47,737 nucleotides of DNA, taken from the NCBI GenBank assembly GCA_035258265.1, contig DATEVZ010000312.1:1-47737 (forward strand), written 5' to 3'. The notes beneath the pieces were generated by a model, which saw only the letters and a list, made by a program, of their open reading frames with translations, made no database searches and was not told where the DNA came from. Position numbers and translations under genes: made by a program. Within the stretch, counting starts at the first letter, position 1. The number at the start of each line of letters is the position of its first letter. This DNA comes from Candidatus Acidiferrales bacterium (lineage in GTDB: Bacteria > Acidobacteriota > Terriglobia > Acidiferrales > UBA7541). Positions 36,473 to 44,789 of this stretch are shown here, piece by piece.

Positions 36473-37240
36473 ATGTTGTCGTCAGGTTCCACACGAATGG
36501 GGATACTTACGTCAGAAGTTCCTACCGCCATCGAGCCGCTCCCAATCAAAGAGCCGGCGCCCAAGCGCCAATATCCCGGCGCCCTGGTTGTAGTCGAAGG
36601 AATTGACGGCTCCGGCAAAAGCACGCAGCTCTATCTCCTGAAACGCTGGCTAGAAATCGGCGGTTACCGCATCCACTTCACGGAGTGGAACTCCTCACCG
36701 CTAGTCAAGTCCGCCACCCGCCGCGGCAAACAGCGGCGACTGCTCACGCCGACCACATTTTCACTGCTTCACGCCGCCGATTTCGCGGACCGCTGCGAAC
36801 GCCAAATCATGCCGCTGCTCCACGGTGGCTATCTGGTCCTCGCCGACCGCTACATCTACACTGCTTTCGCGCGCGATAGCGCCCGGGGCTGCTCCCCACA
36901 CTGGCTGCGCAATCTTTACAGCTTCGCGCCTACTCCGGACATCACCTTTTATTTTCGGGCCCCGCTCGACGTGGCCGTTAACCGCATCGTCGCTGGCCGA
37001 CCCAAGCTGAAATATTACGAAGCCGGCATGGACCTGGGTATTTCGCTGGACCGCGCCGAAAGTTTCCGTATCTTCCAGGAACGCATCCTCAACAACTACG
37101 ACCAGATGATCGATAGCGATCATTTCGTCTTGATGGATGGCACCGTGCGCGTAAACAAGCTCCAAAAACTCATGCGCCAGATTGTCGGCGAACGGATTTC
37201 GCTGCAACAATTTGCGCCCAAAAACTCGAAGAACAAATGA
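36473..37240 (+). CDS. Thymidylate-kinase-like P-loop kinase, paralogue 1 (divergent, extended)
   Basis: Walker A VVEGIDGSGKST and a DRY-type motif LADRYIYT. At 255 aa it is longer than a canonical Tmk (roughly 210 aa, recalled rather than looked up). Confidence 0.8.
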   Translation: MLSSGSTRMGILTSEVPTAIEPLPIKEPAPKRQYPGALVVVEGIDGSGKSTQLYLLKRWLEIGGYRIHFTEWNSSPLVKSATRRGKQRRLLTPTTFSLLHAADFADRCERQIMPLLHGGYLVLADRYIYTAFARDSARGCSPHWLRNLYSFAPTPDITFYFRAPLDVAVNRIVAGRPKLKYYEAGMDLGISLDRAESFRIFQERILNNYDQMIDSDHFVLMDGTVRVNKLQKLMRQIVGERISLQQFAPKNSKNK

Positions 37241-38055
37241 CGCGCTCCGGAAAAACTTCGCTGAAAACCAATGGCTCAAACGGCCGCCCTCACAAGAAAC
37301 AGAAGGCCGCCGCGGTGGAAGCGCCTTCGCGCTTTTACGGCGCTCCTCTGCCCGGAGTGAAACCCGAAGAACTCAGCGGCACACTCATCGTGATTGAAGG
37401 CACTGATGGTTCGGGCCGTTCCACGCAAATCTCGCTCCTGACCGAGTGGCTCGAATCCGAAGGCTTCGCGGTACAAACCATGGGCCTGCGCCGCTCCTAT
37501 CTCGTCGGCGAAGACATTGACGGCTTGCTGGCCGAGAATGCCGTCACGCGCATGACCCTCTCGCTGATGTACAGCACCGATTTCTTCGATCAGCTCGAAC
37601 GCCGCATTCTCCCCGCGCTTCGTTCCGGTCTGATCGTTCTCGCCGATCGGTACATTTTCACCTTGATCGCGCGCTCCGCCGTCCGCGGTATTGGCCGCGA
37701 CTACTTGCATGGAATTTACGAAACTGCTTTGTGCCCGGACCTCACCTTTTGGCTCAACGTGCGTCCCGAAGTCGCTTTCGATCGCGAGTTCAAAAAGTCG
37801 CAGACCATCAGCTACTGGGAATCCGGCCGCGACATGTCGCTTTCGAATGATCTGTTCCAGTCCTTTATTCGTTATCAATCCATGATCAAGCGCGAATTCG
37901 AGTATCTTTCCAGGCGGCACGGCTTCATCGAAACGGACGGCGAAAGCAGCGTCTCCGAGGTGAACAGGGTGTTGCGGAAGCGCATCGCCTTGCATCTTGG
38001 CATCCGGAGCACGCACTACAAGCCTTCGCACGCCTTGTCGCATCTCTGGCGATAG
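37237..38055 (+). CDS. Thymidylate-kinase-like protein, paralogue 2, with a Lys-to-Arg Walker A
   Basis: VIEGTDGSGRST, with the Arg codon CGT at 37417-37419 where the P-loop Lys is expected. It also has LADRYIFT and a basic ~45-aa N-terminal tail. It overlaps paralogue 1 by ATGA. Confidence 0.8.
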   Translation: MTRSGKTSLKTNGSNGRPHKKQKAAAVEAPSRFYGAPLPGVKPEELSGTLIVIEGTDGSGRSTQISLLTEWLESEGFAVQTMGLRRSYLVGEDIDGLLAENAVTRMTLSLMYSTDFFDQLERRILPALRSGLIVLADRYIFTLIARSAVRGIGRDYLHGIYETALCPDLTFWLNVRPEVAFDREFKKSQTISYWESGRDMSLSNDLFQSFIRYQSMIKREFEYLSRRHGFIETDGESSVSEVNRVLRKRIALHLGIRSTHYKPSHALSHLWR

Positions 38056-38059
38056 ACGA

Positions 38060-39619
38060 GTGGCCGCGCCCGTTCAATTGGCAGCCATTGACGCTGGCTC
38101 CAACGCCATCCGTCTCGTCATAGCCCGCGCCACTTCCCCTAAAGACATTGAAATCCTCGATAACGAACGCGCATCAGTGCGCTTGGGGCACAACGCGTTC
38201 ACCCGCCGTGTCATTAGCGGTGCCACGATTTCTCGCGCCGCGCGTGCGTTTCGCCAGTTCCGCGATCGCATGGATCAGTACAATGTTGGCGCATACCGCG
38301 CTGTTGCCACTGCCGCCGCGCGCGAGGCCCGCAATTATCGCCGTCTGATGGACCGCATCCGCAGAAAAGCGGGCATCGAGCTGGAAGTAATCGGCGCGGA
38401 GGAAGAGGCACGCCTGGTTTGCTCCGCGGTCGAGTGGGCTGTAGGCGATCGGGTGCAGCCGCGGCTGATTTTCGATCTCGGCGGCGGGAGCCTCGAACTA
38501 AACTTCTACCAACGCGGCGTTCTGGAACATCGCATCGGCCTGCCGCTCGGCACCATCCGCCTGATGGAAACCTATTCGATCGAAGGCGCGATCGACGAGG
38601 ACGACGCCAACCGTCTCCGCCATCACATCCTCTCGTTGCTGCGCAGTGCGATGCCTTCTCCTCCCCGGCTGAGCCGCTCGCTTGCAGTCGCCTGCGGTGG
38701 AAACGCCGAAGCTCTTGTACGCATCGCTCAAGGCCCGCCGATCGAACGCATTCCCACCATCAACACCCGGCTCCTTCGCGATCAAACCTGGCGAATGTTG
38801 AGCCTCGATATTCCCGGCCGCATGCGCGTCTTCCGCCTGCGCAAAGACCGCGCCGAGGTCATCGGCATAGCCGCGATTATTTTCAACACGCTTGCCAAAT
38901 GGCTCGACCTGCGCACCATGCTCGTTCCCGGCGTCGGCGTGCGCGAAGGCATCCTGCTCGACCTCGTTGCCGAACAATATTCCGTCCGCATCACTTCCGA
39001 AGAGGAAAAGGGCCGCGCCTCCGAACTGCTAGCCAGCGCCCGTTGGTTCGCGCGTCGCCTGGATTACAATCCGCAGCACGCCGAACAGGTCGCGCGCCTC
39101 GCGCTCTCTCTTTTCGATCAGTTGCGGCCTATCCATGAAATGGGCGCAGACCTCCGGTTAGTTCTCGAAATGGCCGCGTTGCTGCATGACGTCGGCCATT
39201 TCATCTCGCGCAAGTCGCATCACCGCCACGGCGAATACCTCATCCGCAACGGCGAAATCCCCGGCCTCCGTGGCTGGCGCCGCGACATGGTCGCTGCCAT
39301 CGTCCGTTACCACAATTCCAAATCTGAGCCGGAACTGGAGCACGCCTCGTACGCGGCCCTCGATAGCGAGCGCCGCCGCCACGCCCGCCTGCTCACCAGC
39401 CTGCTCCGTATCGCCGAGAAACTCGAGTCCGAGCACGCCCAGCACATTACCGGTGTGGACGTCCAGATTTCCGGCCACAAAGCCATTTTCGTGATCCGCG
39501 CTTCGGAGGGCACGCGCCTCGACCTCATGGGCCTCGAACGCAAATCCACGCTCTTCGAACGCGAATTTCACCTCAAACCAGAATTCAGGCGCGCTCAGGG
39601 CAAAGAAAAGGTAGCCTAG
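38060..39619 (+). CDS. ppx: Exopolyphosphatase / guanosine pentaphosphate phosphohydrolase (Ppx/GppA) with a C-terminal HD-like domain
   Basis: ASKHA-fold start AAIDAGSNAIRLVIA, then DLGGGSLEL, and C-terminal LLHDVGHFISRKSHHRHGEYLI. The GTG start at 38060 lies 4 nt after the preceding stop. Confidence 0.9.
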   Translation: MAAPVQLAAIDAGSNAIRLVIARATSPKDIEILDNERASVRLGHNAFTRRVISGATISRAARAFRQFRDRMDQYNVGAYRAVATAAAREARNYRRLMDRIRRKAGIELEVIGAEEEARLVCSAVEWAVGDRVQPRLIFDLGGGSLELNFYQRGVLEHRIGLPLGTIRLMETYSIEGAIDEDDANRLRHHILSLLRSAMPSPPRLSRSLAVACGGNAEALVRIAQGPPIERIPTINTRLLRDQTWRMLSLDIPGRMRVFRLRKDRAEVIGIAAIIFNTLAKWLDLRTMLVPGVGVREGILLDLVAEQYSVRITSEEEKGRASELLASARWFARRLDYNPQHAEQVARLALSLFDQLRPIHEMGADLRLVLEMAALLHDVGHFISRKSHHRHGEYLIRNGEIPGLRGWRRDMVAAIVRYHNSKSEPELEHASYAALDSERRRHARLLTSLLRIAEKLESEHAQHITGVDVQISGHKAIFVIRASEGTRLDLMGLERKSTLFEREFHLKPEFRRAQGKEKVA

Positions 39620-39623
39620 AGGT

Positions 39624-40118
39624 ATGATTCTTTATCTAGTACGCCACGGGATCGCCGTTGATCGAGAGGATCCCCAAGCTCCCTCGGAGGCGGAGCGTCC
39701 TCTGACCGCCAAGGGAGTCCAAAAAACGCGCGCCGCAGCGCTCGGCCTGCAGTCCCTGCACGTAAAGCCGGATGTGCTCATCACTAGCCCCTACGTCCGC
39801 GCTGCGCAAACCGCGGAAATCTTCGCCGAAACCTTGGGCTTTTCGCTGCAAAAAATCCGCACACATGACGCATTGAAACCGGCCGCTAATCCTGCTGACA
39901 TCGTCAGGGAAGTGATTCGCGTGCGCACCAAGGAAGTAATGTGCTTCGGCCATGCGCCGCATCTTGATCTGACGATCGCGCACATCGCCGGCGCTCGCGC
40001 TGTCTTCACCACGCTGAAAAAAGCTGGCGTTGCCTGCCTGGAATACACAGCTTCACATGGAAAGTGGGAATTGCGGTGGATTTTGACGCCGCGGATGCTG
40101 CGTCAGCTAGCGGATTGA
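39624..40118 (+). CDS. sixA: Phosphohistidine phosphatase SixA (histidine phosphatase superfamily)
   Basis: N-terminal LYLVRHG catalytic motif and a later GHAPH. Length 164 aa. Confidence 0.85.
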   Translation: MILYLVRHGIAVDREDPQAPSEAERPLTAKGVQKTRAAALGLQSLHVKPDVLITSPYVRAAQTAEIFAETLGFSLQKIRTHDALKPAANPADIVREVIRVRTKEVMCFGHAPHLDLTIAHIAGARAVFTTLKKAGVACLEYTASHGKWELRWILTPRMLRQLAD

Positions 40119-41062
40119 AGGCGCGGTGCCTCGGTGCTCTCGGAAGTTTGCATGATGTGAATGTTTTGGAATCCGGCGCGCCATACCTGCCACAGCGATT
40201 CCTTCGCCCGGCCGTGATTCTCCGAAGCGCCGCCCGCATTGGCTGAACTGGCTCCATTGCCGCCTATCAGTGATCGGAACTCGTCCAGTCGCGTCTTTCG
40301 CGCCTCTTCAATTTTCTGATACCAGTGCAGCACGTCCGCCCGCTGCAATTTGGCGCGCTGCCGCCGGATTTCGCTGCGCAGTACGTCCATATCGTGCACT
40401 TCGCCCAGCAAATCCTGGATACGCTTCAAATTCTTGCTCCACGGCTCATAGCGCTGCGGCACGAAATTTTCCAGGGTGTAGCGGAACCCTTTCAACCCGA
40501 TCCGCAGCCGGTGCCACGCAACGCGGCTGCGCCCCTTGCGCGCGCGTTGGTAAAGTTCGGCGGCCTCATTGAGCCGCGTCAACGCCAGCCGCTGAAACAC
40601 CACGCTCTCCAGCGGAAAGAACTGTGCCTTGCCCCCCAGCTTCTGCGCCCACTTCCGCCAGCTCTTGCGGTCGAAGTCGTCCAGCGCTTTCTCCGCCTCT
40701 TTTTGCTGCTTGCTTTCGGCCTGCGCCAGAATCTTCAGCACATGCTTCCGGACCGGATTGTCCGCGACCGAAAGCTCTTTCAGCCATTCCTGCTCTACCT
40801 GAGTATCCCGCAACTCCCCCAGCGCGTGAAATAATTCGCGGCTGTCTTTCTTCAGCTTTCGCCACCCGCGGTCCGAATTCACTTCGCTCAGCGCCTCCGC
40901 CATTGTCCGGCAGCGCCGCAGCGCCACGCGCAGGTCATGTACATCCTTGGATTTCCAACCCTCTTGGACGGCATTCGCCAGTTCCAGGACGCGGTTCATC
41001 CAGTTCTCCAATCCAATACGTTTCGTTGAACCACCCGCGGGCAAGGAGATCGTTTGTGCCAT
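40103..41062 (-). CDS. CHAD-domain protein (polyphosphate-granule-associated family)
   Basis: Repeated conserved-His helical blocks: VHDLRVALRRCR, WHRLRIGLKGFRY and LGEVHDMDVL. It converges on sixA and overlaps it by 16 nt. Confidence 0.85.
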   Translation of the reverse strand: MAQTISLPAGGSTKRIGLENWMNRVLELANAVQEGWKSKDVHDLRVALRRCRTMAEALSEVNSDRGWRKLKKDSRELFHALGELRDTQVEQEWLKELSVADNPVRKHVLKILAQAESKQQKEAEKALDDFDRKSWRKWAQKLGGKAQFFPLESVVFQRLALTRLNEAAELYQRARKGRSRVAWHRLRIGLKGFRYTLENFVPQRYEPWSKNLKRIQDLLGEVHDMDVLRSEIRRQRAKLQRADVLHWYQKIEEARKTRLDEFRSLIGGNGASSANAGGASENHGRAKESLWQVWRAGFQNIHIMQTSESTEAPRLQSAS

Positions 41063-41328
41063 GGTCAGTACTGGCTTGCAGGAAAGCCAAGCAGAATTGC
41101 CTATCCTACACCCGCAAATCCCTTTTTTTCAATGCGCGGCACTTTCTGGGCGATAGTCGGCTCAGCCCGGCCTGGAGGACCGACACTTCAGACTGTAAAC
41201 AAATATTCGCAGAAAATTCACACAGCCTCTGTTGGCCCGCGCCTGCGCACCGGCCAAACCCGGTCGATCCAGCATCCATTTCCGAATTTCCCCGGCTCGC
41301 GCATAATGGACGCTTCGGAGGCTCCGCC

Positions 41329-42180
41329 ATGGCGCGCAAACCCCGTAGCGTGGGTCTAACCCAGGTGTCTGAATGGAACGACGGCGTACTTCGCCGCAAA
41401 GACGACTATCTCGCTGCCGAGGAGCCGCTCGAAATCCGCCTAGGTGATGAACCCATGAGCGTCACCATGCGCACGCCCGGGCACGACCTGGAACTCGCCG
41501 CCGGTTTCCTGTTCACCGAAGGTCTAGTGCAGCAGCGCAGCCAGCTCACGGCCCTCGAAATCCCCGCGCAGGAAAACGGCTCCCAGAACGGTTCAAGAAC
41601 CGGCAACGTGGTCCAGGCCCGGATCTCCCCCGATGCCGCGCCCGACATGGAGAAAATCCGCCGGAATTTTTTCGCCGCGTCCAGTTGCGGCATCTGCGGA
41701 AAAGCTTCGATTGAAGCCATCCGCGCGCGCAATCTCACCACGCCCAATCCAGACTTTCGCCTCGACGCCGAAGTCCTGTTGCGCCTACCGGAGAAGCTGC
41801 GCTCCGCGCAAGACGTGTTCGAACGCACCGGCGGGCTCCACGCCGCAGCCTTGTTCGATCCACGCGGCGAATTGCTCGTACTGCGGGAGGATATCGGCCG
41901 CCACAATGCCGTGGACAAAGTGATTGGCTGGGCGCTGCTGGAAAACCGCGTGCCCATCACGGATTCCGTCCTGCTGGTCAGCGGGCGCGGCGGCTTCGAA
42001 ATCATCCAGAAAGCGATTGTCGCGGGCCTGCCGCTGGTCGCGTCCGTTTCCGCGCCGTCCAGCCTCGCGGTTCAACTCGCGCGCGAACTGCGCCTCACGC
42101 TGATCGGATTCCTGCGTGGCACAAGATTTGTGATCTATTCCGGTGAAGAACGAATCGCGCGTTCCAAGCGGGATGCTTAA
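41329..42180 (+). CDS. fdhD: Formate dehydrogenase accessory sulfurtransferase FdhD
   Basis: SSCGICGK catalytic loop, GGLHAAALF and EDIGRHNAVDKVIG. The ATG at 41329 is preceded by GGAGG. The 518-aa ORF in the track is an upstream extension antisense to the CHAD gene. Confidence 0.9.
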   Translation: MARKPRSVGLTQVSEWNDGVLRRKDDYLAAEEPLEIRLGDEPMSVTMRTPGHDLELAAGFLFTEGLVQQRSQLTALEIPAQENGSQNGSRTGNVVQARISPDAAPDMEKIRRNFFAASSCGICGKASIEAIRARNLTTPNPDFRLDAEVLLRLPEKLRSAQDVFERTGGLHAAALFDPRGELLVLREDIGRHNAVDKVIGWALLENRVPITDSVLLVSGRGGFEIIQKAIVAGLPLVASVSAPSSLAVQLARELRLTLIGFLRGTRFVIYSGEERIARSKRDA

Positions 42181-42219
42181 CGGGCTTTTGTCCTGCGGCG
42201 CAAGATCGGTTTTGCATTT

Positions 42220-42289
42220 GTAGCGGTGCACTTCAGTGCGCCATCCGCGCCACGGCAACAAACGATGCCGGTCCAAAGAACCCGGCTAC
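42220..42289 (+). repeat. Copy C of the ~70-nt structured repeat (most diverged)
   Basis: Sequence GTAGCGGTGCACTTCAGTGCGCCATCCGCGCCACGGCAACAAACGATGCCGGTCCAAAGAACCCGGCTAC. Hairpin 1 is GGTGCAC-TTCA-GTGCGCC. It lies 40 nt after the fdhD stop, in a convergent gap. Confidence 0.75.
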
Positions 42290-42344
42290 GAAATTCTCAA
42301 ATCTGGCGGTTGTGAACAGACCAACAGATGCAGAGGTGCCATGC

Positions 42345-43334
42345 TCAATTTACAGTCTTGCCAAAATTCTCCGGAGCCAGTTCGTTCTGGTGCTGCCGCA
42401 TCATCTCGCGAAACGCCTCGAAGAGCTCCGGGTCCCACCAGCCGCGCCCTGCCTCTTCCTCCATTAAATCCAGCGCAACTTCAGGAGTGAAGGCCACCTT
42501 ATATGGCCGGTCCGTCGTCAGCGCGTCATACACATCCGAAATCTGCAAGATTCGCGCAGTCAGCGGAATCTGGTCGCCGTGCAAGCCATCGGGATAGCCC
42601 GTACCATCATGCTTCTCGTGGTGGTGGCGAATAATCGGCAACACCAAGCGAAATGTTTTCAAGGGTGCGCAAATGCGCTCGCCCACCACGGGATGTTTCT
42701 TCATCACCACGATTTCTTCCGACGTTAGCGGCCCCGGTTTCAGCAAAATCGAATCCGGCACTACGACCTTGCCGATGTCGTGCACGATACCCGCACGCCG
42801 CAATGCCTTGATGTGCTCCTCTGGCACGCCCAAAATTTCTCCCATGCGCGTGGACATCTCCGCCAGACGCTCGCAGTGCCCGTGTGTATACGGATCGCGC
42901 GCTTCGATGCTATATGCCAGGCTCAATAGCACCGCCTCCGCGTTTTCCAACTCGTCCGTGTATTGCTTCAACCGCAACAACGAGCGCGTGCGCGCCAGCA
43001 GTTCGTTCAAGTCAATGGGCTTGCTCAGAAAATCGTCCGCGCCGGCGTTGATGCCCATGATACGGTCTTCGGTCGCGGTAAGCCCGGTGATCAGCACCAC
43101 CGGAGTAAGTCGCGTTTCCGGCGTGGCTTTGATGTGCCGGCACACCTCGAATCCATCCATCCCCGGCATCACGATATCGAGCAAAATCAGATCGGGCCGA
43201 AATGAGGCGCATTCCGCAATCGCAGTGGGGCCGTCGCTGGCGTCGCGCACTTCGAATCCCTCGCGCCGCAATAGCAGCTTCAGCGCGGTGCGCGCGGCGG
43301 CTTCGTCATCGACGATCAAAATCTTGTCATGCAT
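42345..43334 (-). CDS. Response regulator with HD-GYP (cyclic-di-GMP phosphodiesterase-type) output domain
   Basis: REC domain (ILIVDDE..., DLILLDIVMPGMDG) followed by HD-GYP motifs HGHCERLA, HDIGK and HHEKHDGTGYPDGL. Confidence 0.9.
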   Translation of the reverse strand: MHDKILIVDDEAAARTALKLLLRREGFEVRDASDGPTAIAECASFRPDLILLDIVMPGMDGFEVCRHIKATPETRLTPVVLITGLTATEDRIMGINAGADDFLSKPIDLNELLARTRSLLRLKQYTDELENAEAVLLSLAYSIEARDPYTHGHCERLAEMSTRMGEILGVPEEHIKALRRAGIVHDIGKVVVPDSILLKPGPLTSEEIVVMKKHPVVGERICAPLKTFRLVLPIIRHHHEKHDGTGYPDGLHGDQIPLTARILQISDVYDALTTDRPYKVAFTPEVALDLMEEEAGRGWWDPELFEAFREMMRQHQNELAPENFGKTVN

Positions 43335-43529
43335 AAACGCGCGTTCAGGCTCCCAGCCGGCTAAGGGAATTCAAATTAGCGAGCTTTTTTGACGCGGACC
43401 GCAGACGTCGGGTTGCCAGCGGGCAATCGGACTCGTGGGTGGGCTTCGCTCCGCAATTAAATCAATGTATCGCGTCCGCGAACTTCGAACAACCCTCGAA
43501 TTGCATCGCGATGCGAAACCTGAAACGAT

Positions 43530-43558
43530 CCGAAAACGAAATGCGGAGCCGTTTTCGG
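43530..43558 (-). terminator. Candidate terminator hairpin downstream of the uricase gene
   Basis: A 9-bp stem CCGAAAACG/CGTTTTCGG with an 11-nt loop, 44 nt past the uricase stop. On the minus strand it is followed by ATCGTTTCAGGTTT, which is only a moderate U-tract. Confidence 0.4.
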
Positions 43559-43601
43559 AATTTGCTGCAGGTGTTCAACAAGCTTTAGCCCGAGATAGGC
43601 G

Positions 43602-44447
43602 CTATTCCTTGCGAACCGTCGCTTCAATCAGCCCGTGCGGCTCGTCGGTAGGTAAAAATACTTGAGCGGGGTTGTCCATGCCGAAGGACGAAAGGTCCAC
43701 CAGGTTGAAATGCTTATTCGGCAGTGAGAGGCGAATTTCGCGGAGGCGCTCGAAGTTCCTCAGTACCGCCTCCCCCATCGCATATAAAGTGTGCTGTAGC
43801 GACTCGCTGTCGTGCTCCGCAAACGTCTCCAGCATCGTTTGGCGTATGCCGTGCCAGTGTTGGCTGTATTCGATCTCGCCGCTTTCATATAGCCAGTCCG
43901 CGTGGATGGAGGTCGAGAGGATCCTGTTGCGGTCTTCCCTGAGCGTGGTGTACGGATCTCGCAAGAATCCTTCAAACGCTGACTTCGTGGTTTTCAGCAC
44001 AATCAAATCCACAATCCCCGATCGAATCAAGGTTCCTTCGCGCGTTCCGCTCAGCGTCGCAGTACGTTTCTCTTCGCCTCCACGCACAAATGCCGACGCA
44101 TGCGGTTTGCCGCCGATCACGATCCGGTTCCACAGATTTTCCGCGGCCTCAATGCCGACCCGCGCGACCTGCGGGTTGTACGTCAGGAAATGCTCGATCA
44201 GGTGCTGACAAAAATCTTCCACCGCTTCCACGGGATATTGCCGCGCCAGGGCGTACACTGTGTTTTTCATCGTGTCGGTTGGCAGGATCTTCGTGTTGTC
44301 GCCTTTGGTGTGTGCGGTTTCGAAATCGCCCTCGAATGAAATTCCCAGCGTCAACTCGCGAATATCGTGGCGTCCCTCTTGCCGAAGCACTCGCAGCAAA
44401 CGAATCCGCGATTTACCGTAATTGTTTTCCGCGAGCTTGATCGTCAT
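43602..44447 (-). CDS. Factor-independent urate oxidase (uricase)
   Basis: NNYGKSRIRLLRV at the N-terminus, then TDTMKNTVYALA. The 281-aa, two-T-fold-domain length fits uricase. Confidence 0.9.
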   Translation of the reverse strand: MTIKLAENNYGKSRIRLLRVLRQEGRHDIRELTLGISFEGDFETAHTKGDNTKILPTDTMKNTVYALARQYPVEAVEDFCQHLIEHFLTYNPQVARVGIEAAENLWNRIVIGGKPHASAFVRGGEEKRTATLSGTREGTLIRSGIVDLIVLKTTKSAFEGFLRDPYTTLREDRNRILSTSIHADWLYESGEIEYSQHWHGIRQTMLETFAEHDSESLQHTLYAMGEAVLRNFERLREIRLSLPNKHFNLVDLSSFGMDNPAQVFLPTDEPHGLIEATVRKE

Positions 44448-44450
44448 CCA

Positions 44451-44789
44451 TCAGCTCCCACGATATGTGGAATACCCGTAAGGGCTCAGAAGCAGCGGAA
44501 TATGGTAGTGCTCTGTTGTGTCCTGAACCTCGAACGCGATCGTAATTTGCGGATAGAGCGCGCGAATCTTGCGCGCCTGAAAATAGGCGTGCGTTTCAAA
44601 CGTGAGCCTGTACGTCCCCTCCGCCAGCGTTCCCGGCTCCAGAAGATGCCGCAGCCGCCCGTCCGCGTCCGTCGCACCGCGGCTGATTTCCTTCCAGCCG
44701 CCGGCCTTCTGAATTTCCAGTGTGACCTGCACGCCCGCAGCGGGCCGTCCCACAGAAGTATCAAGCACGTGCGTGGTAATCTGGCTCAT
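44451..44789 (-). CDS. uraH: 5-hydroxyisourate hydrolase (transthyretin-like)
   Basis: MSQITTHVLDTSVGRPAAGV at the N-terminus and the C-terminal YSTYRGS signature. The 112-aa version starts at 44789 (ATGA overlap with the upstream stop), whereas the ORF-track start at 45041 is an extension. Confidence 0.9.
   Translation of the reverse strand: MSQITTHVLDTSVGRPAAGVQVTLEIQKAGGWKEISRGATDADGRLRHLLEPGTLAEGTYRLTFETHAYFQARKIRALYPQITIAFEVQDTTEHYHIPLLLSPYGYSTYRGS

Noticed and set aside
40624-41328. N-terminal 235 codons of the 518-aa ORF that ends as fdhD
   Set aside because: This part is antisense to the CHAD gene and then crosses the intergenic region. It is Pro/Ser/Ala-rich with no similarity to FdhD. 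A GGAGG-preceded ATG at 41329 gives a normal-length FdhD.
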